DNA from: Chiloscyllium plagiosum
Taxonomy: Eukaryota
Direction: 5' to 3'
Assembly (NCBI RefSeq): GCF_004010195.1
Contig: NC_057754.1
Span: 2,137,238-2,201,237, forward strand
Length of the DNA: 64,000 bases
Position 1 is the first letter of the stretch. Every line of letters begins with the position of its first letter. The notes under the pieces were generated by a model. The model made no database searches. It had not been told where the DNA came from and worked only from the letters and a program-made list of their open reading frames with translations. A program made the position numbers and the translations under genes. Shown piece by piece: positions 51,800 through 63,621 of the stretch.

Positions 51800-52230
51800 G
51801 CATCCCAAAGTGGTACACAATGAAGAATTTCTGAAATGTAGGAAGCATGGCAATCATTTTGCACAGAGCAAGATCCCACATAATAATCATGACCAGATAA
51901 ACCAAATTTCTTAGTGACATCGGTTCAAGGATAAATATCAGTCAGAACACCAATGAGACAGAGAACTCCCTTGGCTTAACTTCAAAATAGTGACCATGAA
52001 ATCTTTTATGTCCAACCAAGAGGTCAGACAGTACCTCAGTTTAACATTGCATCCAAGAAGGGCAGCACTTTCACCTAGACTATCAGCTGAAATCTCTGGA
52101 AGTTGAATGTACATCTACAGACTCAAAGTCCTGCATTTATATATCATCTTTCATAACCAGCAGATGTCCCAAAGAGCCTTACAGTCAATCGATTATCTTT
52201 AGGGGAAGTCACTGTTGTAGCGTAGGAAGA
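51800..52230 (-). mobile_element. Deu-domain SINE fragments
   Basis: atgtaggaagcatggcaatcattttgcacagagcaagatcccac...cttcaaaatagtg...ctcagtttaac; second tail at 52130-52230. Confidence 0.6.
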
Positions 52231-52459
52231 GTCCACTTAGCCCACAGCTAAGAGAGCGACTTACTACACAGGTAAATACATCAACCATTCTGCGATCACT
52301 CACAGATGCCACTGGGCCGAATGATCCCTTTCTCAATGCTGATATTCAGTATAGTTTATTAATATGAATGAAACCTTGTTGGACATGTTTTACTTTGTTG
52401 GAAGGATAGCAAACTGCACTGGTGAACTATGACACAGAGTGTGGGACACAAATGTATGT

Positions 52460-53158
52460 TGTTATGAAGATGTGGGTGTACTGTACCTTTAAGAGAGTTA
52501 AAAGCAACAGAACTACCTGACAGAACCAAGTGTTCTTAAGAAAAGACAATGTAACATGTGCTCCAGCTACTTGGGTAGCTAGGGCAGCTGGTTGCCTGGA
52601 AACGACAAAACAGATTCGAATTAGGCCAATCAATTTAAATTATACCCCAAAAATGACCAAACTTCTATCCGGTTTGAATTTAATATATTGACAATCTTAA
52701 AAGTCAATGACACAATTTGATGCGTTGGGGATATAAGATGGGGAAAATTGAACAGTTGAGAAGAGAACTGCCAAGCCAACGACATCAGCACACTGCTCAG
52801 AAACATAGTTCTCTTAAAAGGTACCTTTATCGATCAGTAACCTATGAAGTAGTATCCCCAAGGAGAAGGAAAGAAGACCGAAATACAGAGAAGAACGAAA
52901 GCTGCCTGGTTTTGAGATTAGACGTTTTGTTTTTTGTCAATCTTAATCAGGGTTTTTATTGGATTAGTGTTGTAAAGGAGAAAGTTAAAGATAGGTTAGG
53001 GGAAGATTATTCTCTGCTATACTTTAAGAAAAAAAGTTGTTAATTTTTACTTTAAATAGTCTTCAGCCTCTCGAAGTTTCACAGATTACTGCATGGGATA
53101 AACCTTTTCTGTGTTGCAGGTTTACATTAAGGAGGAGAGTTTACCCCATGTCGTAACA
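52460..53158 (+). repeat. 5' LTR (699 bp)
   Basis: tgttatga...tcgtaaca; its last ~37 bp recur at 57073-57109; followed by the PBS. Confidence 0.88.
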
Positions 53159-53161
53159 ATG

Positions 53162-53187
53162 TGGGGGCTCGGGTCTGGGATTTGAAC
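53162..53187 (+). promoter_or_regulatory. Primer-binding site, tRNA-Pro
   Basis: tgggggctcg(gg)tctgggatttgaac versus the tRNA-Pro complement TGGGGGCTCGTCCGGGATTTGAAC. Confidence 0.8.
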
Positions 53188-53342
53188 TGGTTTAGACAGA
53201 TTTGACTAGATTTTGGGGTACGAAATTTCCCAGCAGATTTAAACACTTGCAGGTTAGTGTCCTAGATCTTTAAATAAAATGTAGGTGAGGCAATTTGTTT
53301 AATTTTGGTGACTTGTGGTTGATTAAATTATAAGTGAGAGAA

Positions 53343-54500
53343 ATGGCTCTTAAAATTGCTAAAGAGGTTCTGGGATTTGAAGATGATTCTCAAATTTGCC
53401 AAGAAAGCTTAGAAGGAAAGAAAAAAAGCCATACTTTTAGAATAAGCAAATAAGTTAGATTTGGGTTTAACCAAGGACAAAAGTAAAGCTGAAATTATAA
53501 GGGAATTACTCAAACACTTAGGTGTGTCAGAGAAACAGACAAGTGCAGTAGAAGTAGACAAACTTAAATTACAATTGGGAATAATGGAGTTAGAAGATAA
53601 ACAAAGAGCGAGGGAGAGAGACGGGGAAAAGAAGGAGAGAAGGTTCTTGGCGGAGCAAAGAGAGAGAAGAAAAGGAGAGGAAAAAGAAAGAGAGAGAAAG
53701 TTCTTAGCTGAGAAGTTGCGACTTAGTCAGCAATGTCAAGTTCATAGGAAGGAGATTAAAAGAAAAGGCAATGATATATACAAATATGTCAAAACTCTGC
53801 CACATTTTGATGAGAAAGATATTGAAGCCTTCTTTATTTCATTTGAAGAATTGACTAGGCTGGTGGAGTGGTCCAAGAATCTATGAGTAGTTCAGACTAA
53901 AATGGTAGGCAGAGCTAGTGAGGTATTTGCTGTGCTGTCAGATGAGGTGTTCAGAGATTATGAAGAGGTTATACAGGCTATTTTAAGTGCTTATGAATTG
54001 TTACCGGAAGCATAGAAACAGCGGTTCAGAAACACAAAGAAGGAACCAGGTCAGACTTACATTGAGTTCGATAGAATTAAACATAGTCATTTTGATCAAT
54101 TTTGTGTGCCTTGAAAATAGATAGGACATTTGAGGCTCTAAGAGAGATTATTCTGCTGGAGGAGTTTAAAAACTCACTTCCAGAGATGGTAAGAATTCAC
54201 TTGGAGGAACAGAAAGTTCAGGAAGTGAGAACGGCAGCAGAATTAGCAGATGAGTACATGTTGGTGCATAAGACAAACTTCCGGCCAGAATTTCGTGCTG
54301 TGAGGGATAGAATTTGGAGAAAGGGAGATGTTACACTATGGAACCAAATGTAGAGAGCACTGGTAAGAATTTACCACAGAATAAAAAAGAAGCCCAGGAG
54401 GGTGGAAGGCCTCAGGTGTTTCCACTGTGGTAAAGTGGAATACGTAAAGTTTCAGTGCTGGTCGTTGACGAAAGGCACATGGGGAAAAGAAGCTAAGCCA
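53343..54500 (+). pseudogene. gag: Gag relic with SCAN-like capsid region and decayed zinc knuckle
   Basis: ATG at 53343; LPHFDEKDIEAFFISFE; AYELLPEA*KQRFR; LREIILLEEFKNSLP...AAELADEY; CFHCGKVEYVKFQC. Confidence 0.85.
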
Positions 54501-54599
54501 GTGGCGTTTGTGAAGGTAATAGAGGAGACCCCAAGAAGAGCCGAGGAGCTGCAGGAGAGTGCACAGCCTAGGTATGGGTTAGGTATGGAGTTAGTACCT

Positions 54600-54930
54600 G
54601 ATCTCTACAAAGAATTCGACTCTGTGGGTAAAGTTTACTCAGAAAGATCAGGGGGAGAAGGACAAGAAGTTATAATTTTGAGAGATACAGGATCTAACCG
54701 GTCGCTGGTAGTAAGAGATGAGCGAATATGCACTCTTTCTGATCAGTTACCTAAGAGAGTGGTAATTTGTGGGATAGATGGACAGAAATTTAGTGTTCCT
54801 CTATGTAAGATCAGGTTGGAGTGCTATCTCAAGACTGGGACGTTACAGTGGGAGTGATTGACAGAGTGTCAGTTCCAGGAATTCAGTTTGTTCTGGGGAA
54901 TGATTTGGCAAGATCCAAGGTGGGAGTGAC
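54600..54930 (+). pseudogene. Aspartic protease relic
   Basis: ILRDTGSNRSLV (DTG at 54684-54692) and FVLGNDL. Confidence 0.85.
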
Positions 54931-56127
54931 ACCTCTTGTTGTGAAGAAGCCCAAGGAAGACCAAGAAACTGAGGAGTTAAAACAGAAGTATCCTGGTATT
55001 TTCCCAGACTGTGTGATAACCAGATCCCATTACCATAAGTCACTGCACAAAGTGAAAAGTAAAGAGAAAGGTGAGGGAGTTGAAGTTCAGTTAGCAGACA
55101 CCATATTTAATGTAACGGTGCAGGAAAAACCTGAACAGGTAGAGGGTCAGTCAGAAGTGTTTAGTGCTGAAAGGCGAAGGGACTTGCAACAGCAAAACAA
55201 GACGATAAAAAATATATATGTGGATGCATACTCTGAAAAGGAGGCAGAGGATATTCCGGATGGAAATGGAGATCATGGCAGATTAGTGCAGAGGAGAACT
55301 GGGCAGAAATGCACCAGATTGTGTTGCCAGTAGCATACAGATAGGAGGTATAATGGGTAGCACATGAACTACCTGTAGGAGGTCACCTAGGGGTACGAAA
55401 GACTCATGCCGAGGTACAAAAGCATTTTTATTGTCCTGAAATGCACAAGGATGTGGTTAACTTTTGCCGTATGTGTCATACATGCCAAATGGTAGATACG
55501 CCACAGGCGGTAATAAAACCAGCACCTTTGTTGTCAATTCCTGCATTTGAAGAACCTTTCACGCAGGTTATAATTGATTGTGTACGTTCCCTCCCGAGAT
55601 CTAAAAGTGGGAATCGGTACTTGTTAACCATAATGGATGTGTCTACCAAATTTCTGGAGGCAATTCCATTACTGAGTATCAAGGCAAAAAGCTAGTAGAG
55701 GAATTAATAGCTTTCTTCACACAGTATGGGCTACCCAAAGAGATTCAGTCGGATGAAGAGTAAAATTTTATAGCTAGTCTGTTTAAAGAGGTTATGGATA
55801 GCTTAAGTATACAGCACTTTAAATCCAGTGTGTATCACCCTGAATCCCAAGGAGCTTTACAAAGATGGCATCAGACCTGAAGACCATATTGAGAGCATAC
55901 TGTCAGGATTACCTGAATGATTGGGATAAAGGTATCCCATTCGTATTGTTTGCCATTAGAGATGGCCCAAGTGAATCTACTCAGTTCACTCCCTTTGAGT
56001 TAATACTCAGTCATGAAGTGAGGGGCCCTTTGAAATTAATTAAAGAAAAATTGACAGTACCAAGGTCAGAGATCTCATACTTAAATTATGTATGGGAGGT
56101 GAGGGAGAGACTAAATTGAGTAGGTGA

Positions 56128-56340
56128 TGATTCGGAGATGCCGGTGTTGGACTGGGGTGTACAAAGTTAAAAATCACACAACACCAGGTTATAGTCCAAC
56201 AGGTTTAATTGGAAGCACACTAGCTTTCGGAGCGACGCTCCTTCATCACAATCACCTGATGAAGGAGTGTCGCTCCGAAAGCTAGTGTGCTTCCAATTAA
56301 ACCTGTTGGACTATAACCTGGTGTTGTGTGATTTTTAACC
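56128..56340. mobile_element. Young hairpin PLE mini-insertion
   Basis: 83 bp inverted arms (56166-56248 / 56257-56339) with one mismatch; 12 bp TSD ttgagtaggtga (56116-56127, 56341-56352). Confidence 0.93.
56253..56287 (+). ncRNA. Minimal type I hammerhead ribozyme motif
   Basis: CAC-CUGAUGA-A-GGAGUG-U-CGCUCC-GAAA-GCUA-GUG; stem I CAC/GUG; palindromic AGCU stem III; predicted CUA cleavage triplet. Confidence 0.8.
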
Positions 56341-56819
56341 TTGAGTAGGTGAGTTAGCTAAACAGTACAGAATGAAGCAGGTGGCAGATAAAAGCTCTGA
56401 GACTCGGACATTTTCTCAAGGGAATGATGTGTTAGTACTGTTACCAATGATAGGAGATCCCTTCAAAGCCAGATTTAGTTTTCCCTATCAAATTGAGAAA
56501 AAAATTGAGTCAGGTGAACTATTTAGTAAAGATGCCAGATAGAGAAAAAAGGTATCGAGTATATCACGTGAACCTGTTTAAACTGTATTGTACCAGAGAG
56601 AAAGAACTGGAGAAACGGGTGTTAGTTACTGCCCCGCAGAGTAAGGAATCAAATCCAGATGATATGGATTTTGAGATGCCTCAAAATAGATTGAAAAATG
56701 AAGAAGTCCTTGAGGAGTGGGATAGGTTAGTAAGATATCTGTCTCAGGATCACAGAACGCAGTTAAAAGATTTGTTACTGCAGTATGAGGACATATGTAA
56801 GAATCAGTTGAGGAGGACT

Positions 56820-57072
56820 AATGCTATTGTACATGAAGTAGACATAGGGAATACTGCTCCGATTAAACAATACCCCTATCGGCTTAATCCTATCAAAGCC
56901 AGACAGGTCCAGATGGAGGTGGAGGCTATGTTCATTGAACCAAGCCAGAGCAAGTGGAGTTCGCCGATCGTCTTAGTGCCCAAACCGGATGGGACTCACC
57001 GATTCTGCGTGGATTATCAGAATGTCAACGCCGTTACAAAATTGGACTCATATCCAATTCCTAGAATAGATA
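56820..57072 (+). pseudogene. Reverse transcriptase N-terminal relic
   Basis: HEVDIGNTAPIKQYPYR...IEPSQSKWSSPIVLVPKPDGTHRFCVDY...DSYPIPRID, truncated. Confidence 0.92.
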
Positions 57073-58356
57073 TTTCATTAAGCAGGAGAGTTTACCCTGT
57101 GTCATAACAATGTTCGCTGTGGTCACTTGTTGAACGGAATAATAGTGTTGAGGAATTGGTGATCCTCTCATTGGGAAGAGGGATTCTGAAAAGGAGAATC
57201 ATTCCAGCCTGACAATGTTGATTGACCCAAAATGATTGCAGATAACTTCCTAATGCTATTGCAGTTTTTCACACTATCCTTTTGGGAAGTGTATTTCTCC
57301 GGCTCAGCATATTCTCGTCAGAGGCCGACAGGTTATTACTGTGCAAAATGGCACGGACCCACATTTTACTATGCTGTGGCATGGTGGTTCAGTAAATCAG
57401 GATTCACACACTAGCTGCATTGCTTCAAATAATTACAGCTGTTTTGCCTGGAAACTGTCTGATGAAGCACTAGCTAGCATGTGATAATAAACCTCTAAAT
57501 CTGAAATTGTTCTGTATGTTATTTAATATGGGACTGGCCCAAAATGAAAGATATCTTAGCAAATAGCAAAACGGCATGACAAAGGCACATTGACAGAGTA
57601 ATGGAAAGCATCTTACACATTAGTGCCCCTGGTACAGAGTCTCCATGAAAGGAATGTGTCTTGGGAATTTAGGCATGGAGGGCACTGTCAACTGCGCCAT
57701 TCCTGGATGCAGAATTACACAGGGCAGACTGACCTGCATGCTTGAATTCCTGATAAATGTTTCTGTCGCATGAACCAGGAGTGCTGATTCCTAAAGTCAA
57801 TCCTGATCTTCTTTCCTATTAATGTATGTCAAAGGATTAATGGTAGGTACTCAAATTGCTTCATGCATGCAGTAAATGATGCAAGTATCCCTGGAGCCAA
57901 ATGATATTGTTGAACTATGGCTCCCTTTCTTGCTGCTGGTGGCTCTTGTTGAATTGTTTAGATGGGTTCACAGTGGTATCAGCTTTCCAATATATTCAAA
58001 GTGATGCAATTGAGGCTATAATGACTGATGCCTGCCCTGTCTCCAGTAATAAAACAGTTAAGGTAGTGACGTCCTTCACAGCAACAGTTAGTGCAGTGTG
58101 AATGTCTGATTGCCCCTGTAGGCCACATTAAATCCAATGGCTCAGAAAAGTTGCAGCAACCTTGCTGAGCTAAACCTCAGTGTGTATTGTTCCTCTGTCC
58201 CGTTCAGGTTGTGACTGTTTGTAATATATCCCTTCTGCATTTTATTGGCCTTGCATTCTCAATCCTGCCTCTACTTCAGTTTTTTTTATACTGTCTAGGA
58301 GTCAGAACTGGGTTGTATTGAGTAATGAATCCATCTTCTTTATCATATCTCCAGCA

Positions 58357-58642
58357 ATGATGTAGAGGTACAAGTGTTGGACTCGGGTGGACATGGTTAG
58401 AAGCCACAGGATACCATATTGTAGGTTGATTGGAAATCGCAAGCTTTTGGAGCGCTGCTCCTTTATCAGGTGAAGTCACCAAATGAAATGAGGTTAGTGA
58501 CTGTTGTGGACACAAAGGCCTAATGATCCATGGTGGACTCATGGTCCAGGGGAGATAGGAGGAGGTGTCTGAGAGCTGGCACTCAGCCTCTGCAGTGTAG
58601 AGGTCAGTATGCACAGAACAACAGCACCACCCTTGTAGGCAG
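58357..58642 (-). mobile_element. PLE terminal arm plus PLE RT N-terminal fragment
   Basis: 58357-58475 matches the 56128 family terminus with a decayed hammerhead; 58480-58642 minus reads KGGAVV...TDLYTAEAECQLSDTSSY. Confidence 0.75.
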
Positions 58643-58669
58643 ACTTAAGTCCAAATTGCTCTTTGAAAA

Positions 58670-59415
58670 TCACTGGTTAGGCCCCAGCTGGAGTATTGTG
58701 TTTAGTTCTGGGCATCAGGAAGGATGTCTAGGCCCTAACAAGGTGCAAGGAAGGTTTACTAGAATGCTACCATAGATGAGGGATTTTAATTTCATGGAGA
58801 GACTGGAGCTTCTTTGAGCAGTTTACAATATGAGGGATTTTACAGTAGAAGTGTTCAGTATCTGGAAGGGTTTTTATGAAGTAACTAATGAGAAACCATT
58901 TTCAGTTGCATGGATGATTTGTAACAGAAGGGACAAGGGTGGAGGAGGACGAATGAAGTATCCCTTTAAAAGAACTAGTATATTGATAATGGGCTGAATG
59001 GCTTCTTTCTCCACTAACTTGTTGATTGGCCACCTTCTATGCTTCTGTACCATGCTTCTATGATTTACTTCTCAACCACAGGTTTGGAACTCTCTCTGAA
59101 AGTGTAGTTGAGGGAGAAAACCTCCATTCATTTAAAACGTGTCAGGATACACACCTGAAATTCCGGGGACACGGATCAAGTGGTGGAAAATGGAAATTTG
59201 TCTGGGTGGCTATTTTTGGGTAGGGCAAACTCTGGGCAGAGGTGCCTTAATTTTTTCTGTGTTTTTAAATATTCTAAATATCTGAAGTAGAGGAATGTGC
59301 AGGGATGTGGGGAGAGAGCAGGGAAGGGGCAGTTCATGAATTGCTCCTTAGCAGGACCAAAGCGGACATGTGTTGAATGATCTTTACCTGTGTTGTAACA
59401 ATTCTATGATTCTAA
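58670..59415 (+). mobile_element. Old CR1 3' fragments
   Basis: ctggttaggccccagctggagtattgtg...ggtgcaaggaaggtttactagaatgctacc; several CR1-type tails. Confidence 0.6.
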
Positions 59416-59746
59416 AGTTAATTCCAGGTGTTAGACTATGAGTGGTTAGCTAAATTAGCATTTAGCATTTGCTTTGTTTTACTGTTGTACAGTAAAACTC
59501 CTGTTTTACAGTGGAGTCTTGAGGCATTATTCTTTAGCTAAAGAACTGGACTTCTTTAATTTATCTTCTGGACTCAACTAAGATCAGAACAAAATTTTAA
59601 AGAAAAGCAAAAAATGCTCAAAAACTCAGCAGGTCTGTCAGAATCTGTAGAGTAATGAGGTTAGTGTAATATTTTGAGTCCAGTGACCCTTTGTTCAAAC
59701 TAGTTCTGTTGTTCTCTGTACAGACCTGCTGAGATTTTTTAAAATT

Positions 59747-60016
59747 TTGATTTGATTTATTATTGTCACATGTGCCTAGGTACTGTGAAAAGTTTTGTTT
59801 TGCGTGCAGTACAAGCAGATCATATCATACAAAGTGCATTAGGGTAGTAGAACAGAGCAATGAATACAATGTTACAGAAAGTGCACAAAGAGTGATATCA
59901 GTATCAAATTTAAAGTTTGAGAGGTCCATTCAGAAGTCCAAAAGCAGTGGGAAGAAGCTGTTCTTGAATCTGTTGGTCTCTGTGTTTAAGTCTTTGTATC
60001 TTCTGGCCAACAGAAG
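59747..60016 (-). mobile_element. Rex1/Babar-type LINE 3' end nested in a PLE hairpin (59600-59735, 60017-60080)
   Basis: Minus RRYKDLNTETNRFKNSFFP; tail gtgacaataataaatcaaatcaaa. Confidence 0.7.
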
Positions 60017-62010
60017 AGTTTCTCCAGCACTTTCTGTTTTTTGTTTCAGCTTTCTAGCATTTGCGGTTCTTTGTTTTTATTTTTATCATTTCAATATTTT
60101 CCAGCCCTTCACTTTATGCAAGTCTTGTTCACCTGATTAATTTAAAAGGATTGGTACCTTCACTGAAACAATGAACAACCTGATCTAAATGAAGACATTA
60201 AATGTTCACCCGCTAATATCACCGACAGTAATCTCCAGTCTTTAGAAAACAATTTACATCCGTTCAGCTTGTCTGTACACAACACCATTTTCTGTTCCAT
60301 TTGCTCCAGCTGACTTCAATCTCTTTATTTTACATTTGTCCCTTGAGGTAACTCCCCATTGAGATCTTCATCTCACTGGCTGAGCACAAAGGGCTAACAT
60401 AAACTTGTGAAGAGAAAGCAGAATAGCATATTTATTTTGTATGACAAAGTGCTTTATTCAGCCGTTTTATTCTCAAAGTACATGATAATAACAGTCTTGA
60501 AGCTCACAGTTCCGAATTTATTTCTTAATTGGCACACAGCTGGACTTTGTGAATGAAAGGTTAGACCCGAGCAAACCAGCAATACTAAGGAACAAAAGTT
60601 GATGCAGGAAAAAGAATAATAAGTATAAAGTTATCAGTTGGTTTTAAGGAATCAATTTTTGTTTTCCTTTTCGAATGTTCTCCCTGCCTATCCTGAAGGC
60701 ATTAGTTTTCTGTTTGGGACATGTTTCCCTGAGGCTGATAGCCATTCCATGCCCAAGCAAACTCTGTGAACTCAGCAGTGAATGATACTGGATAGTCCTC
60801 TGCAAGGCAATCCCAATTGTCTAGCTGATTCCACTGGGTCAAGCAAAGTGCTGAATTAGCATAAAATCCGGGTCTCTAGAGGACATGGGACTTCTCAGTT
60901 CTCTACAGGTCAACTCTCCACTCGGCAGAATATTTACTGAGTGGCTGTGGAGCTTTGTTTTCTTTAAATTCCTTCTTGTTTCTTGAAGGAAGAGCCCACC
61001 CTCTTCTAATAACATGACCGAAAGCGGAGATCACTGAAAATCTGCATCCTAGGATCTGCTTCCTGACACTGCATCACTGGTTCTTTTGTGAGTCCCATGT
61101 TTAGATTGGCAGCCATTTTGACCTCTGATGATGTAATGCCTTGCCCTATTGCACACAATTTAGACAGTCACACGTCGAATACCTCCTGCTTTTGTTTGCA
61201 TTATTTTTTACATAATTTTTGTCCTAATCAGTTACATCTGTGTCATGGCCATTTGATTCTCAAGAATACTTAGCAGATGTGTATAAATGAGCAAGTTAAA
61301 TCATGACTTTCAGATAATCATAAATCATTCTGTTAACCCTGTCGGTACCTGATTTTTATGTTGATCTCCTGTTCAATTCTAAGAATACAAGAAGCTGGAG
61401 AAGAAAATTCCATTCTCCTATTAATTCTGTTCCAGCCCAGGCTCATTATTTGATAATGTCAGACTTTCCTCTCTATCACGTTTCGATTTCCCATATGAGA
61501 GGCTCACAGTTAGTTGCCTGCCTTCTGCTGAGAAAGGAGAGCACTCTCTGGGGTTCGAGCTGTTGTGGGAGTGCTGGAATTGGTCCAGGCCACAATAAGG
61601 CATTCAAGAACCTTTGAGACAAAACGGTGGATGGGAGGGATTGAGGATGATTTTTTTTGAGGAGGAATTATGAAAACTACTTTGGGAGAGCAAGAAGCCG
61701 TCCAGGTGTAGGCCATTTGCACCTCTCCCCCTGCCCCCGCCCTAGTCTGCTCTGCCATTTATTAAGATGGTGGCTTTGATTCCATTTTCCTGTATGGTCC
61801 TCATAATCTTATACTCCCATGTAGATCAAAATTCTGTTTTGAGTATGTTCAGTGACCAGTCTGCACTGCTCTGGGAGAAGGAATTTCTCCTTACTGCCAC
61901 GTTAAATTAAATAAGCCTTTATTTTAAAATCTAGTTCCAAATTTCTTCATCAGGAGAAACATCCCCTCAGCCATTACCATTTCAAGTCCCTCTGAAACCT
62001 TTTATATTTC

Positions 62011-62693
62011 ATTGGAGATGTAGTGGACAGCAAAGAAGGTTACCTCCGATTACAGTGGGATCTTGACCAGATGGGCCAATGGGCTGAGAAGTGGCAGATG
62101 GAGTTTAATTCAGATAAATGCAAGGTGCTGCATTTTGGGAAAGCAAATCTTAGCAGGACTTATACACTTAATGGTAAGGTCTTAGGGAGTGTTGCTGAAC
62201 AAAGAGACCTTGAAGTGCAGGTTCATAGGTCCTTGAAAGTGAAGTTGCAGGTAGATAGGATAGTGAAGAAGGCATTTGATCTGCTTTCCTTTATTGGTCA
62301 GAGTATTGAGTATAGGAGTTGGTTATGGAGGTTTACAAAATCATGAGGGGCATGGATAGGATAAATAGACAAAGTCTTTTCCCTGAGTTGGGGGAGTCCA
62401 GAACTAGATGGCACAGGTTTAGGGTGAGAGGGGAAAGATATAAAAAAGACCTAAGAGGCAACTTTTTCACGCAGAGAATGGTATGTGTATGGCATGAGCT
62501 GCCAGAGGAAGTGGTGGAGGCTAGTGCAATTGCAACATTTAAAAGGCATTTGGATGAGTATATGAATAGTAAGGGTTTGGAGAGATATGTGCCAGGTGCT
62601 GGCAGGTGGGACTAGAATGGGTTGGGATATCTGGTCAGCATGGACGGGTTAGACTGAAGGGTCTGTTTCCGTGCTGTATATCTCTATGACTCT
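62011..62693 (+). mobile_element. HER1/CR1 3' fragment with internal deletion, nested in an older antisense CR1 tail (61790-62935)
   Basis: LQWDLDQMGQWAEKWQMEFNSDKCKVLHFG; EVYKIMRGMDR...GNFFTQRMV; tail ctgtatatctctatgactct. Confidence 0.92.
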
Positions 62694-63621
62694 GTTTCAG
62701 TAAGATTATCTCTGACCCTTCTGCATAACAGTAAGTATAGGCCTAACCTGCTCAACATTTTTCTCATAGACAACCCTTTCCTTCCTGGAATTACAAGTGT
62801 ATTCTGAATCGCATGCAAGTATATTTCTCTTCAGATGAGGAGACTAAGACTGTACGCGGTGTTCTAGGTTTGGCCTCACTAGATGTCTCAGAATTTCACT
62901 GCATTTATATTCCATTCTTCCCGTAATAAAGGCCAATAGAAGCTTTGGCTAGATGGGAAAAATAAAAAGATTGGAGGTGTAGGGGGCAGTTCAATCTACA
63001 TTACTGTTCCATTGCTCTGCAGCAGGAACTGAGGTGCCCAGAGCACATGTAAATGTTTATTCAACTATGGTCACCTTTTCCTCAGCGTATGTTCCAGATA
63101 CATATATACTCAATCAAAGTTCTGTCTCCCTCCGGATAGTGCATGGGGATTTCTTGTGAGACAAAGGAATTGTTAATTTTGATTGCTTTATAGTGACAGT
63201 AATTAAAAGCTTGGTGTGGTGAGTATTAAAGCAGCACACAATTTGAATATTTCAAATCCGACTTCTGGTTTGTACTTAATTAACTTGTTTTAATTGACTT
63301 TAGTTGATATCAAAATAGCAGATGTTCACAGTTTCTTCTGTCTTACACCTTCACTACCAATGTTTTTACTACGTGAAGGTCATGAGGAAGTTTGGCAGTT
63401 AATTTTTCATCTCTAGTTATTCAAACCGATTCTATAAATTTACCATAATTTTCTATAGATGAAAAGACTGTTCTTAACCATTTAGTTGATAACCGAGGCA
63501 TTCTTGTGTTTACTCAGCATAGATTTTGCAAGCATTTCTTTACAGGGATTCCCTGTATCAACCCTGTGCTGTTCTGGGAAGGCGATAGCCGACTGCTATT
63601 ATTGCTAGACTATTAATCTGG

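Larger units (their letters stand above)
55310..56600 (+). pseudogene. Integrase relic, split by a PLE
   Basis: AHE...GGHLGVRKT...CRMCHTCQ; IIDCV; DVSTKFLEAIPL; EIQSD; YHPESQGAL; DWDKGIPFVLFAIR; VYHVNL. Confidence 0.9.
52460..57109 (+). mobile_element. Gmr1-like Gypsy LTR retrotransposon, degenerate, internally deleted
   Basis: TGTTATGA...TCATAACA termini, 4 bp TSD atgt (52456-52459, 57110-57113), 5' LTR, PBS, gag, protease, integrase, then RT. Confidence 0.92.

Noticed and set aside
52460..57109. Endogenous retrovirus (tRNA-Pro PBS) or host SCAN zinc-finger gene
   Set aside because: RT is Gypsy-type, no env, no C2H2 fingers; the SCAN-like part sits in a broken gag between LTR ends.
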